64,000 nt of DNA from Pristiophorus japonicus (GCF_044704955.1 NC_091996.1:2852001-2916000); one strand, 5' to 3'; numbered from the stretch's first letter, positions 1 to 31,699 are shown. Notes: generated from the letters alone by a model not told the origin. Made by a program: numbers and translations.

Positions 1-503
1 GCAGAAGGGGAGTGAGAGGGAGGGTGTGTGAGATAGGAGGGAGGGAGGAGAGGAGGAAATGTGAGAAGGGAGGAGGGGAGGAGCGGGAGTGTCAGTGGGG
101 AGGAGGGAGTGTGAGAGGGGAGGACGGAGGGAGTATGAGAGGGGAGGAGGGAGGGAGTGTGAGAAGGGAGGAGGGGAGGAGGGAGGGAGCGTGAGAAGGG
201 AAGGAGGGAGGGGGCGTGAGAGGGGAGGAGGGAGGGGGCGTGAGAGGGGAGGAGGGAGGGGGCGTGAGAGGGGAGGAGGGAGGGGGCGTGAGAGGGGAGG
301 AGGGAGGGGGCGTGAGAGGGGAGGAGGGAGGGGGCGTGAGAGGGGAGGAGGGAGGGGGCGTGAGAGGGGAGGAGGGAGGGGGCGTGAGAGGGGAGGAGGG
401 AGGGGGCGTGAGAGGGGAGGAGGGAGGGGGCGTGAGAGGGGAGGAGGGAGGGGGCGTGAGAGGGGAGGAGGGAGGGGGCGTGAGAGGGGGAGGAGGGGGC
501 GTG
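1..503. repeat. Purine-rich 24-bp minisatellite (gtgagaggggaggagggagggggc), degenerate at left, running into a gap
   Basis: About 12 near-perfect units visible at ~216-503; the ORF track shows an 8-aa period (GVRGEEGG). Confidence 0.9.
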
Positions 504-703
504 NNNNNNNNNNNNNNNNNNNNNNNNNNNNNNNNNNNNNNNNNNNNNNNNNNNNNNNNNNNNNNNNNNNNNNNNNNNNNNNNNNNNNNNNNNNNNNNNN
601 NNNNNNNNNNNNNNNNNNNNNNNNNNNNNNNNNNNNNNNNNNNNNNNNNNNNNNNNNNNNNNNNNNNNNNNNNNNNNNNNNNNNNNNNNNNNNNNNNNNN
701 NNN
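504..703. other. Assembly gap (200 N)
   Basis: Run of n characters. Confidence 1.
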
Positions 704-2165
704 GGGGGAGGGGGTGAAGGGGGGTGTGAGGAGGGAGGGGGGCAGTACCTGGTAGTGCTCCATGGTGCAGGGTGTGAGGGGGATGGGGTGAGGGGGAGGG
801 GGATGGGGTGAGGGGGAGGGGGATGGGGGGCGGGGGCAGTACCTGGTAGTGCTCCATGGTGCAGGGTGTGAGGGGGATGGGGGTGAAGGGGGGATGGGGG
901 TGAGGGGGGGTGAGGAGGGGGATGGGGGTGAGGAGGGGGATGGGGGTGAGGAGGGGGATGGGGGTGAGGAGGGGGATGGGGGTGAGGAGGGGGATGGGGG
1001 TGAGGGGGGGTGAGGAGGGGGTGAGGGGGATGGGGTGAGGAGGGGGATGGGGTGAGGGGGAGGGGGAGGGGGATGGGGGGAGGGGGCAGTACCTGGTAGT
1101 GCTCCATGGTGCAGGGTGTGAGGGGGATGGGGTGAGGGGGAGGGGGTGAAGGGGGGTGAGGAGGGGGATGGGGTGAAGGGGGGGTGAGGAGGGGGTGAGG
1201 AGGGGGTGAGGATGGGGGTGAGGAGGGGGGTGAGGGGGAGGGGGGGGGATGGGGTGAGGAGGGGGATGGGGGTGAGGGGGGGTGAGGAGGGGGATGGGGG
1301 TGAGGGGGGGTGAGGAGGGGGATGGGGGTGATGGGGGGTGAGGAGGGGGATGGGGGTGAGGGGGAGGGGGGTGAGGAGGGGGTGAGGGGGAGGGGGCAGT
1401 ACCTGGTAGTGCTCCATGGTGCAGGGTGTGAGGGGGATGGGGTGAGGGGGAGGGGGTGAGGGGGGGGATGGGGGGGATGGGGGGGAGGAGGGGGAGGGGG
1501 ATGGGGGGGAGGGGGCAGTACCTGGTAGTGCTCCATGGTGCAGGGGGTGAGGGGGATGGGGGTGAAGGGGGGGGATGGGGGGGAGGGGGAGGGGGATGGG
1601 GGGGCGGGGGCAGTACCTGGTAGTGCTCCATGGTGCAGGGGGTGAGGGGGATGGGGGTGAAGGGGGGGGATGGGGGGGAGGGGGAGGGGGATGGGGGGGC
1701 GGGGGCAGTACCTGGTAGTGCTCCATGGTGCAGGGTGTGAGGGGGATGGGGTGAGGGGGAGGGGGTGAGGGGGGGATGGGGGGGGATGGGGGGGAGGAGG
1801 GGGAGGGGGATGGGGGGGAGGGGGCAGTACCTGGTAGTGCTCCATGGTGCAGGGGGTGAGGGGGATGGGGGTGAAGGGGGGGGATGGGGGGGAGGGGGAG
1901 GGGGATGGGGGGGCGGGGGCAGTACCTGGTAGTGCTCCATGGTGCAGGGTGTGAGGGGGATGGGGTGAGGGGGAGGGGGTGAGGGGGGGGATGGGGGGGA
2001 GGAGGGGGAGGGGGATGGGGGGGAGGGGGCAGTACCTGGTAGTGCTCCATGGTGCAGGGTGTGAGGGGGATGGGGTGAGGGGGAGGGGGTGAGGGGGGGG
2101 ATGGGGGGGAGGAGGGGGAGGGGGATGGGGGGGAGGGGGCAGTACCTGGTAGTGCTCCATGGTGC
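704..2165 (-). repeat. G-rich (+)/C-rich (-) minisatellite whose unit carries the STKLD1 start codon and first splice donor, 11 copies
   Basis: Identical 26-nt core cagtacctggtagtgctccatggtgc with minus-strand ATGs at 2160, 2050, 1940, 1845, 1726, 1631, 1536, 1417, 1107, 857 and 763, separated by G-run spacers. Confidence 0.92.
2146..2160 (-). CDS. STKLD1: Probable first coding exon (MEHYQ) of STKLD1/SgK071 kinase-like protein; the rest of the gene would lie left of the window
   Basis: Seen: minus strand cagcaccATGGAGCACTACCAG|GTACTG (strong Kozak, donor) at the edge of a unique CpG-rich promoter. Recalled: human STKLD1 is head-to-head with SURF4 and has MEKYQ-V at the start of its kinase-like domain. 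Only 5 codons, so the call leans on synteny. Confidence 0.62.
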
Positions 2166-2455
2166 TGTGTCGGATGCTCCTTGCTCCGGGACCCGGGCCG
2201 ACAATCCCCCGTCGCCTTGGCAACGCGGCCCACGCGGCCCAGCTTATCATCGCCCCAAACCCCGCTTTCTCCCACACACACCACTGCAATCGCGATTATT
2301 GACAAATCAGTCAGTCCCTTCGCTTTCTGTACTTTATATAAAAATATATATGTAGTAAAAGCTCTGACGTCATGTGGCGACAGGGAGCCAGTGCGCATGC
2401 GCGGGGCGGGAGCCAGTGCGCCTGCGCCGGGAGGGAGGTTGGAACACCACGTGTC
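2165..2455. promoter_or_regulatory. CpG-rich promoter of the putative STKLD1: RFX X-box, full CRE, NRF1 sites, GC box, E-box
   Basis: gtcgccttggcaac 2211-2224 (X-box); aatcgcgatt palindrome 2288-2297; AT-rich tatataaaaa 2335-2344; tgacgtca 2365-2372; tgcgcatgcgc 2392-2402; ggggcggg 2403-2410; tgcgcctgcgc 2417-2427; cacgtg 2448-2453. Motif matches only. Confidence 0.65.
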
Positions 2456-3800
2456 CCAGGTGGGGGCCCAAGGCTCAGGGAGGGTTCTAGGGGCCAAGAC
2501 CCAGGGAGGGTGCTGGGGGCCCAGGGAGGATGCTGGGGTCCCAATGCCCAGGGAGGGTTCTAGGGGCCAAGACCCAGGGAGGATGCTGGGGGGCCAAGAC
2601 CCAGGGAGGGTGCTGGGGGCCCAGGGAGGATGCTGGGGTCCCAATTCCCAGGGAGGGTTCTAGGGGCCAAGACCCAGGGAGGGTGCTGGGGGCCAAGACC
2701 CAGGGAGGATGCTGGGGCCCCAAGGTCAGGGAGGGTGCTGGGGGCCCAGGGACAGTGCTGGGGGCCCAAGGCCCAGGGAGGGTTCTCGGGGCCAAGACCC
2801 AGGGAGGATGCTGGGGCCCCAAGGCCAGGGAGGGTGCTGGGGGCCCAGGGACAGTGCTGGGGGCCCAAGGCCCAGGGAGGGTTCTCGGGGCCAAGACCCA
2901 GGGAGGGTGCTGGGGCCCCAAGGTCAGGGAGGGTGCTGGGGGCCCAGGGACGGTGCTGGGGGCCCAAGGCCCAGGGAGGGTTCTCGGGGCCAAGACCCAG
3001 GGAGGGTGCTGGGGCCCCAACGTCAGGGAGGATGCTGGGGCCCCAAGGTCAGGGAGGGTTCTAGGGGCCAAGACCCAGGGAGGGTGCTGGGGCCCCAAGG
3101 TCAGGGAGGATGCTGGGGGCCAAGACCCAGGGAGGATGCTGGGGGCCAAGACCCAGGGAGGATGCTGGGGCCCCAAGGCCAGGGAGGGTGCTGGGGGCCC
3201 AAGACCTAGGGAGGGTGCTGGGGCCCCAAGGTCAGGGAGGATGCTGGGGGCCCAAGGCCCAGGGAGGGTGCAGGGGGCCAAGACCCAGGAAGGGTGCTGG
3301 GGCCCCAAGGTCAGGGAGGATGCTGGGGGCCAAGACTCAGGGAGGGTGCTGGGGGCCAAGACCCAGGAAGGGTGCTGGGAGCCCAAGGCTCATGGAGGAT
3401 GCTGGGGGCCAAGACCCAGGGATGGTGCTGGGACCCCAAGGCCAGGGAGGGTGCTGGGGGCCCGGACCCAAGGAGGGTGCTGGGGGCCCAGGGAGGGTTC
3501 TAGGGGGCCCAGAGACGGTGCTGGAGCCACAAGGCCCAGGGAGGGTGCCGGGGGCCCAGGGCGGGTGCTGGGGGCCCAAGGCTCAGGGAGGGTGCTGGGG
3601 GCCCAGACCCAAGGAGGGTGCTGAGGGCCCAGGGAGGGTGCTGGGGGTCCAAGGCTCAGGGAGGGTGCTGGGGCCCCAGGGATGGTGTTGGGGCCCCGAG
3701 GCCCAGCGAGGGTGCTGGGGGCCCAGGGAAGGTGCTGGGGGCCCAGGAAGGGTTCTGGGGCCCCAAGGCCCAGGGAGGGTGCTGGGGGCCCAAGACCCAG
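2455..3800. repeat. Mosaic GC-rich minisatellite (~19-27-bp variants of cccagggagggtgctgggggccaaga)
   Basis: Direct reading; repeated GGCWGP/GRVLGA translations. Confidence 0.9.
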
Positions 3801-3874
3801 CCTCTGCTGCTCATCCCCAGTGGAGGCTCGCCAACCGCTGCCGTCGCAGGCTCAACTTACCCAACACAGTAACA

Positions 3875-4315
3875 GCAACAACTTGCATTGATATGCCATC
3901 TTTAATACAATAAAATATTCCAAGGCGCTTCACAGGAGAGCAAATCAGACAGAAATGTGACACCGAGCCAAAGAAGGTGATATTAGGGCAACTGACCAAT
4001 AGCTTGGTCAAGGAGCTCAGTTTTAAGGCACGTCTTAAAGGAGGCGAGAGAGGCAGAGAGGTTTAGGGAGGGAGTTCCAGAGCTTGGGGCCCAGGCAGCT
4101 GAAGGCACGGCCAGCGATGGTGGAGCGATTAAAATGGAGGACATGCAAGAGACCAGAATTGGAGGAGTGAAGAGATCATGAGGGTTCTGGGGCTGGAGGA
4201 GATTACAGAGATAGGGAGGGGCGAGGCCTTGGAGGGATTTGAAAATAAGAATGAGAATTTTAAAAGCGAGGTGTTGCTCAACTGAGAGACAATGTTGGTC
4301 AGCGAGCACGGGCTC
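3875..4315 (-). mobile_element. L2-like LINE 3' fragment
   Basis: Minus-strand peptide FKILILIFKSLQGLAPPYLCNLLQ followed by a GRAFS...PKLWNSLP-type segment and tail; same family recurs at ~12700-13200, 22630-23180, 32630-33020. Confidence 0.7.
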
Positions 4316-4319
4316 ATAG

Positions 4320-4655
4320 TCACGTTAGGGAGTGAATTCCGCTATTTTGATCAAGCAACAATGAAGGATCGGTGATATATCTCCAAGTCAGGGTAGTGTG
4401 TAACTTGGAGGGGAACGTGGAGGTGGTGGTGTTCCCATGCGCCTGCTGCCCTTGTCCTTCTAGGTGGTAGAGGTCACGGATTTGGGCGGTGCTGCCAAAG
4501 AAGCCTTGGTGAGTTGCTGCAGTGCATTTTGTAGATAGTACACACTGCAGCCACGGTGCGCCGGTGGTGGAGGGAGTGAATCTTGAAGGTAATGGATGAG
4601 TCACCAATCTAGCGAGCTGCTTTGTCCTGGATGGTGTCGAGTTGCTCGAGTGTTG
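4320..4655 (-). mobile_element. LINE ORF2 C-terminal fragment (CR1/L2 group)
   Basis: Encodes HSLHHRRTVAAVCTIYKMHCSNSPRLLWQH-like peptide; a related copy lies on + at ~31460-31700. Confidence 0.6.
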
Positions 4656-4869
4656 TTGTCCTCTGCAGATTTCCCAATTTAATGCAGTGTTCTATTTTTC
4701 ATATTATCTGTGGAGAGTTGCATCATCCATATCACTTTTAAATGTTATTTGAAAACTGACATTCAATTAGATCATGGCTGATCTGTATCTCAACTCCATT
4801 TACCCGCCTTGGTTCCATAACTCTTATTACCTTTACCAATAAAAATCTATCTGAACCTATGTGTATCTA

Positions 4870-6422
4870 TGTCCTTGTATTATCTGGGTCTGTATACAGG
4901 TCTGTGTGTCTGGGTATGTGCGTGTCTGGGTCTGTCTGTGTGTGCCTGGGTCTGTGCGTGTATCTGGGTCTATCTGTCTGTCTGGGTATGTGTGTCTGGG
5001 TCTGTGTGTGTATCTGGGTCTGTGTGTGGCTGGGTCTGTCTGTGTATCTGGGTCTGTGTGTGTGTGTGTGTGTATCTGGGTCTATGTGTGTCTGGGTCTG
5101 TCTGTGTGTCTGGGTATGTGTGTGTCTGGGTCTGTGTTTGTGTGTGGGTCTGTCTGTGTGTGTGTGTATGTCTGGGTCTGTGCATGTATCTGGGTCTGTG
5201 TGTGTATCTGGGTCTGTGTGTGTCTGGGTCTGTCTGTGTGTCTGGGTATGTGTGTGTGTGTGTATCTGGGTCTATGTGTGCCTGGGTTTGTGCGTGTATC
5301 TGGGTCTATCTGTCTGTCTTGGTATGTGTGTCTGGGTCTGTGTGTGTGTGTGTGTGTATCTGGGTCTATGTGTGTCTGGGTCTGTCTGTGTGTCTGGGTA
5401 TGTGTGTGTCTGGGTCTGTGTGTGTGTGTGTGTCTGGGTCTGTGTGTGGGTCTGTGTGTGCCTGGGTCTGTGTGTGTATCTGGGTCTATCAGTCTGTGTG
5501 TGTATCTGGGTCTATGTGTGTCTGGGTATGTGTGTGTCTGGGTCTGTGTGTGTATCTGGGTCTGTGTGTGGGTCTGTGTGTGCCTGGGTCTGTGTGTGTA
5601 TCTGGATCTGTGTGTGGGTCTGTCTATGTCTGTCTGTGTGTGTATCTGGGTCTGTGTGTGCCTGGGTCTGTGTGTGTATCTGGGTCTATCTGTCTGTCTG
5701 TGTGTGTATCTGGGTCTGTGTGTGTCTGGGTCTGTGTGTGTGTGTGGGTCTGTCTGTGTGTCTGGGTCTGTGTGTGCCTGGGTCTGAGTGTGTATCTGGA
5801 TCTGTCTGTGTGTGTCTGGGTGTGTGTGTGTGTGTGGGTCTGTCTGTGTGTGTCTGGGTGTGTGTGTGGGTCTGTGTGTGTCTGGGTCTGTGTGTGCCTG
5901 GGTCTGTGTGTGGATCTGGGTCTGTCTGTGTGTGTCTGGGTCTGTGTGTGTGTGTGGGTCTGTCTGTGTGTGTCTGGGTGTGTGTGTGGGTCTGTCTGTG
6001 TGTCTGGGTCTGTGTGTGCCTGGGTCTGAGTGTGTATCTGGGTCTGTCTGTGTGTGTCTGGGTCTGTGTGTGTGTGTGGGTCTGTCTGTGTGTGTCTGGG
6101 TCTGTCTGTGTGTCTGGGTCTGTGTGTGCCTGGGTCTGTGTGTATCTGGGTGTGTGTGTGTGTGTGTCTGGGTCTGTCTGGGTCTGTCTGTGTGTGTCTG
6201 GGTGTGTGTCTGGGTCTGTCTGTGTGTCTGGGTCTGTGTGTCTGGGTCTGTGTGTATCTGGGTGTGTGTGTGTGTCTGGGTCTGTCTGTGTGTGTCTGGG
6301 TGTGTATCTGGGTCTGTCTGTGTGTGTCTGGGGGTGTGTGTGGGTCTGTCTGTGTGTCTGGGTCTGTGTGTATCTGGGTCTGTCTGTCTGTCTATGTGTG
6401 TCTGGGGGTGTGTGTGTGTGTC
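4870..6422. repeat. Complex (TG)n/tctggg microsatellite directly upstream of the SURF4 core promoter
   Basis: ~1.55 kb of tgtgtg/tctgggtc/tatctg modules. Confidence 0.95.
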
Positions 6423-6424
6423 TA

Positions 6425-6560
6425 ATGCCTGATTTGCATATCTCCCCGCCCCTGATCAGCATAGCCCCGCCCCTCCCCAGACGTGGCAGCGGGCTGGCTC
6501 CGCCCCGTGAGCGTCACTTCCGGCGGGAGGCCGAGCGGCGGCGGGAGCGAGAGCGGCGCC
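6425..6560 (+). promoter_or_regulatory. SURF4 core promoter/5'UTR: octamer, GC boxes, overlapping ETS-CRE half-site
   Basis: atttgcat 6432-6439; ccccgccc at ~6444 and ~6464; gcgtcacttccgg 6511-6523; CpG-rich, TATA-less; Kozak ggcgccATGG. Confidence 0.7.
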
Positions 6561-26678
<20,118 letters not shown>

Positions 26679-26699
26679 TCGGTGTGTCATCTCCCAAAC

Positions 26700-28797
26700 C
26701 TCAGCCCCCCTCCTCTTCTCCACCTACCCCCCACCCCCAAACCTCTCCTCTCCCTGCCCCCCCCCCACATCTCCTCCCCCCCCCACATCTCCTCCCCCCC
26801 CCCCCACATCTCCTCTCCCCCCCCCCCCACATCTCCTCTCCCCCCCCCCCCCACATCTCCTCTCCCCCCCCCCCCACATCTCCTCTCCCCCCCCCCCCAC
26901 ATCTCCTCTTCCTCTCCCCCCCCTCCCCCCACATCTCTCCTCCCCCCCCCACATCTCTCCTCCCCCCCCCACATCTCTCCCCCCCCACATCTCTCCTCCC
27001 CCCCCAACATCTCCTCCCCCCCCCCACTCTCCTCCCCCCCCCACCTCTCCTCCCCCTCCCACCCCACCTCTCCTCCCCCCCCCACCCCACCTCTCCTCCC
27101 CCCCCCCACCCCACCTCTCCTCCCCCCCCCCACCCCACCTCTCCTCCCCCCCCCACCCCACCTCTCCTCCCCCCCCCACCCCACCTCTCCTCTCCCCTTT
27201 CCCTCCCTCTCTCCTCTCTTCTTTCCCCCCCCAACCTCCTCTCCCCTTCACCTCTCCTCTCCCCTTCACCTCTCCTCTCCCCTTCACCTCTTCCCCCCCC
27301 CCACCTCTTTCCCCCCCCACCCACCTCTTTCCCCCCCCACCCACCTCTTCCCCCCCCCCCCCCCACCCACCTCTTCCCCCCCCCACCCACCTCTTCCCCC
27401 CCCCCCCACCCACCTCTCCCCCCCCCCCCACCCACCTCTCCCCCCCCCCCCCACCCACCTCTTCCCCCCCCCCCCCACCCACCTCTTCCCCCCCCCCCCA
27501 CCCACCTCTTCCCCCCCCCCCCACCCACCTCTCCCCCCCCCCCCACCTCTCCCCCCCCCCCCCCCCACCCACCTCTCCCCCCCCCCCACCCACCTCTTCC
27601 CCCCCCCCCCCACCCNNNNNNNNNNNNNNNNNNNNNNNNNNNNNNNNNNNNNNNNNNNNNNNNNNNNNNNNNNNNNNNNNNNNNNNNNNNNNNNNNNNNN
27701 NNNNNNNNNNNNNNNNNNNNNNNNNNNNNNNNNNNNNNNNNNNNNNNNNNNNNNNNNNNNNNNNNNNNNNNNNNNNNNNNNNNNNNNNNNNNNNNNNNNN
27801 NNNNNNNNNNNNNNNCACCTCTTCCCCCCCCCACCCACCTATTCCCCCCCCCACCTCTTCCCTCCCCCCCCCCCCCCCCACCCACCTCTTCCCCCCCCCA
27901 CCCACCTCTTCCCCCCCCCCCACGAACCTCTTCCCCCCCCCCCCCACCCACCTCTTCCCCCCCCCCCCACCCACCTCTTCTCCCCCCCCCACCCACCTCT
28001 TCTCCCCCCCCCACCCACCTCTTCTCCCCCCCCCCACCCACCTCTTCCCCCCCCCCCCCACCCACCTCTTCTCCCCCCCCCCCCCACCCACCTCTTCTCC
28101 CCCCCCCCACCCACCTCTTCTCCCCCCCCCCCCCACCCACCTCTTCCCCCCCCCCCCCCACCCACCTCTTCCCCCCCCCCCACCCACCTCTTCCCCCCCC
28201 CCCCACCCACCTCTTCCCCCCCCCCCCACCCACCTCTTCCCCCCCCCCCCCACCCACCTCTTCCCCCCCCCCCCACCCACCTCTTCCCCCCCCCCCACCC
28301 ACCTCTTCCCCCCCCCACCCACCTCTTCCCCCCACCCACCTACCTCTCACCCCCCCCCCCCCCAAACCTCTCCCCTTTCCCTCCCCCTCTCCCCTTTCCC
28401 TCCCCCTCTCCTCTCTCTCCCCCTCCGCTCCTCCCCCCCCACCTTTCCTCTCCCCTTCCCCCTCTCCCCTCCCCATCTCTCTCCTTCCCCCACCCCTCTT
28501 CTCCCCACCCCCCATCCTCCCCTCTCCACTTCTACTCCTTGCCCCTCACCTCTCCCCTTCCCCCCCCTCCCTCATCTCTGCCCCCCCCTCCCTCATCTCT
28601 GCCCCCCCCTCCTCTCCCCTTCCCTCCGCCCCCCCTCCTCTCCCCTTCCCTCCTCACCTCTTTCCCACCCCTCATCCTCACCTTGCCCCCACTCACCTTT
28701 CCCCCTCTCTCCTCTCTCTTCTCCCCTCTCCCCTCTCCCCTCTCCCCTCTCCCCTCTCCCCTCTCCCCTCTCCCCTCTCCCCTCTCCCCTCCCCCCA
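26700..28797. repeat. C-rich polypyrimidine array immediately 3' of the SURF4 stop (ccacatctcct / cacccacctctt / ctctccc modules)
   Basis: Direct reading; interrupted by a gap. Confidence 0.92.
27616..27815. other. Assembly gap (200 N)
   Basis: Run of n characters. Confidence 1.
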
Positions 28798-29934
28798 GAA
28801 ACCCACTGTTTTGTACAGTTTGTGTAATTTTACCCAGGTCTCTCAGCATTCGCATATTCAGGGCACGTGTTGTTCCACCTGCTCCTGTTGGTAACTTCAC
28901 AAAACACAGCCTTATTTTTGGGTTTCATATAAAAACAAACTGAGTGAATTTAAAATGTCCCAACAAAAAAAGTATTTATCGTTCCCACTTTAACACTGGC
29001 TGTGTACTAAAGAATCGAGCGTCTCCCTTTTTATATAAAAAATATAGTTAAACTAAAGTCCCAATTCAGGCTCCTGTTGCTGTGCAGAGTTTATCCTTCT
29101 GTTTGTTGGCAGCCCGAGTGGGGTAAGGGCAGGAGTAGCAATATTCTCCCACCCTCCCGAGTCACAATCCTTGGCTGTCAAACTGATAAAAATGTCTTAT
29201 TTAATTACTGCAGGTTACATTTCAGTATAATGGATAGGTTCTCCAGTAGGGTTGGAACAACAGCTCTTAAACTAATAGAGCATTAAGCTGTGCCAAAGTG
29301 AGGTCGCCCTGTTGTTTAAACCCTCCCTCCCTCCCTGGGTCAGCCTCTGCAGGCTAACGGCTCGGGACTGGGTGTTCCGATTGTAAGTCGATGCAGTGTC
29401 GCTCCCTCCTCCCTCCCCCAGTGAACGCAGTTCCCGTACTCGCTGCCCACCAAAGCTCTTCGCCCCCTCCTGCCGGGCAGGGCAGGGGTCATGCACGCAC
29501 ACCGGCAGCATCCCCACGGCCCAGCCCGGCCCTCCTCAGCGAAAGGATTGCGCGTGTGCGGTGTGGGCTGCCCGTATAGTTGGTGCACAGAGCAGGTCAG
29601 GTCAGGCAGCTCGGGAGGGGCCAGGATTCCATCTCCCTGCGTCTGTGTTGAGATAAATGATCGGGGCCAAGTAACTGGTGGGGGGGGCAGTGCGCCCCGC
29701 ACTAAGGGCCGATGAGGGGGGAGGGGGGTGGAATTGACAGGGATTCAAGGTCATTATCCATTAGTCCACGCAGAGCGCGGGTGTGCGCATGTGCTCAGTC
29801 CACCCGTACACTGGATTGGGCTTGACTGCGATTACCCTCTCCCCGCCCTACCTCCCACTGAATGCCCCCACCGTCACTCTCAGGGGCTCTTACATGAGGA
29901 ATCCGCCCCCCCCATCCCCCATCCCCGGCTGAGG

Positions 29935-30410
29935 TCATCATCACAGGCAGTTCCTCGAAATCAAGGAAGACGTGCTTCCACTCGAAGTGACTTCTCAGGT
30001 GACTGAACAGTCCAATACGGGAATTACAGTCTGTCACAGGTGGGACAGACAGTGGTTGAGGGAAGGGGAGGGTGGGACTGGTTTGCCGCACGCTCCCTCT
30101 GCTGCTGCGCTTGGTTTCTGCACGCTCTCGGCGACAAGACTCAAGGTGCTCAGCGCCCTCCCGGATGCACTTCCTCCACTTAGGGCGGACTGGTCTTTGA
30201 CCAGGGACTCCCAGGTGTTGGTGGGGATGTTGCACTTTATCAGGGAGGCTTTGAGGGTGAGGGTGTCCTTGAAACGATTCCTCTGCCCACCTGGGGCTCG
30301 CTTGCCGTATAGGAGTTCCGAGTAGAGCGCTTGCTTTGGGAGTCTTGTGTCGTGCATGCTGATGATGTGGCCCTGCCCAACGGAGCTGGTCGAGTGTGGT
30401 CAGTGCTTCA
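29935..30410 (-). mobile_element. RTE-clade LINE 3' fragment
   Basis: QLRWAG..DTRLPKQALYSEL..GGQRNRFKDTL..WESL..RPKWRKCIREG and C-terminal zinc-finger remnant RIGLFSHLRSH; (gat)n tail. Confidence 0.8.
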
Positions 30411-31124
30411 CTGCCGCCCTCACTCTCCGGCATTCTCGCATGAAGAATTCTATCCCCCCCCCCCCCCAGGGACCAGATAGCGATCGCCCCTTCCGCAGAG
30501 GATCAAAGCTGAATGTCACTGACCGCCGCCAAAACAGAGTTTAAATGTGTGGAGGGCAGCTCGAGAGGCAGTGGACCCCTGCATGTGTAAGTGAAGTGTG
30601 CAAAACAATTCTGATCATGCTACCGATGGAATTGGCATTAACCTTGTCACCCACACTGCCACCAAGTATCTGGGGTTTAAAATGAAACTCTCACCCGGGG
30701 TCGCGCACATCCCGACTCCCAAAGGGCCACTCTCCGAGCCATGTGTTTTCAGCAGCAGTCGGCCCATTTCTCTCTCCAGTCTTCCCCTTCACCCGAGTTC
30801 TGGTGTCCTGCTCAGTGAGCAGCAGCAGAGAAGGCGATTCTCACGCGGCCGCTGTAAAAGTGTGTGTATCTGTTTTAAACAAAACTCTAAATATGTCTGC
30901 CCTGCTCCTGGGCCGGCATTCCTGCTGCTGTTCACCCGCCCATGCCCCGGTTTGTGGAATGTGGGGGGGTTGGCGTTCAAGACCGGCTGTGACGGCCTCT
31001 GCAGTTAAATAGCCGTCCGACGCTCACTGTTCAGGCTGGCATGTGAAGCACCCACGGAATTGGACATCCGTGGCAAAAGTCAACTGCGGGAGGGAGGGGG
31101 AAGGATTTATTTATAAAGGTCAGT

Positions 31125-31130
31125 AATAAA
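31125..31130 (+). terminator. Candidate SURF4 polyadenylation signal AATAAA (second candidate 31342-31347)
   Basis: Canonical hexamer followed by GT-rich tcttgttcgtgagt; no transcript evidence. Confidence 0.45.
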
Positions 31131-31699
31131 GCTGGACTCTTGTTCGTGAGTCACTCGGTGCAGTAGCTGTGTCAGTATTAGGCGCTGTGCCTGACTGGGA
31201 GGAGTGGGTGCAGTCAGCTGGGCAAGGTCCAGGTTCAGTGGAGCGGTGATCTGAGCTCGCCCTGCAGACCACTGTTGCTGCAAAAAGTCAGGAACCTCCC
31301 ATTCCTTCAGAAAATGTGGTGTTTAATTTGTTAGTTGTTGAAATAAAAGCCGTGAATTTTCCCCCCCCCTCCCCTCACATTGTTGACTTTCGTATGATTT
31401 GTTTGTCAATTGACCGACCTGAAGGTTCTGCGATCCCAGTCCGCACTCGATTCACGATGCACCGTAGCACCCTCCCAAACCCGCGACCTCTACCATCTAA
31501 AAGGTGCATGGGACCACCACCACCACCTCCCGTTCCCCTCCACGTCACACACCATCCTCACCATTTCTTCATCGTCGCTGGCTCACAATCCTGGAACTCC
31601 CTCCCTAACAGCACTGTGGGAGCACCTTCACCACACGGACTGCAGCGGTTCAAGGCGGCGGCTCACCACCACCTCCTCAATGGCGATTGGGAATAGGCA

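Noticed and set aside
743-2165. CRISPR-like look (constant 26-nt repeat with variable spacers)
   Set aside because: Spacers are related G-run sequence rather than unique, the context is eukaryotic, and there are no cas genes.
92-2644. 850-aa proline-rich ORF and overlapping Gly/Pro-rich ORFs
   Set aside because: Translations of stop-free G/C repeats that cross an N gap; only the MEHYQ micro-exon has independent support.
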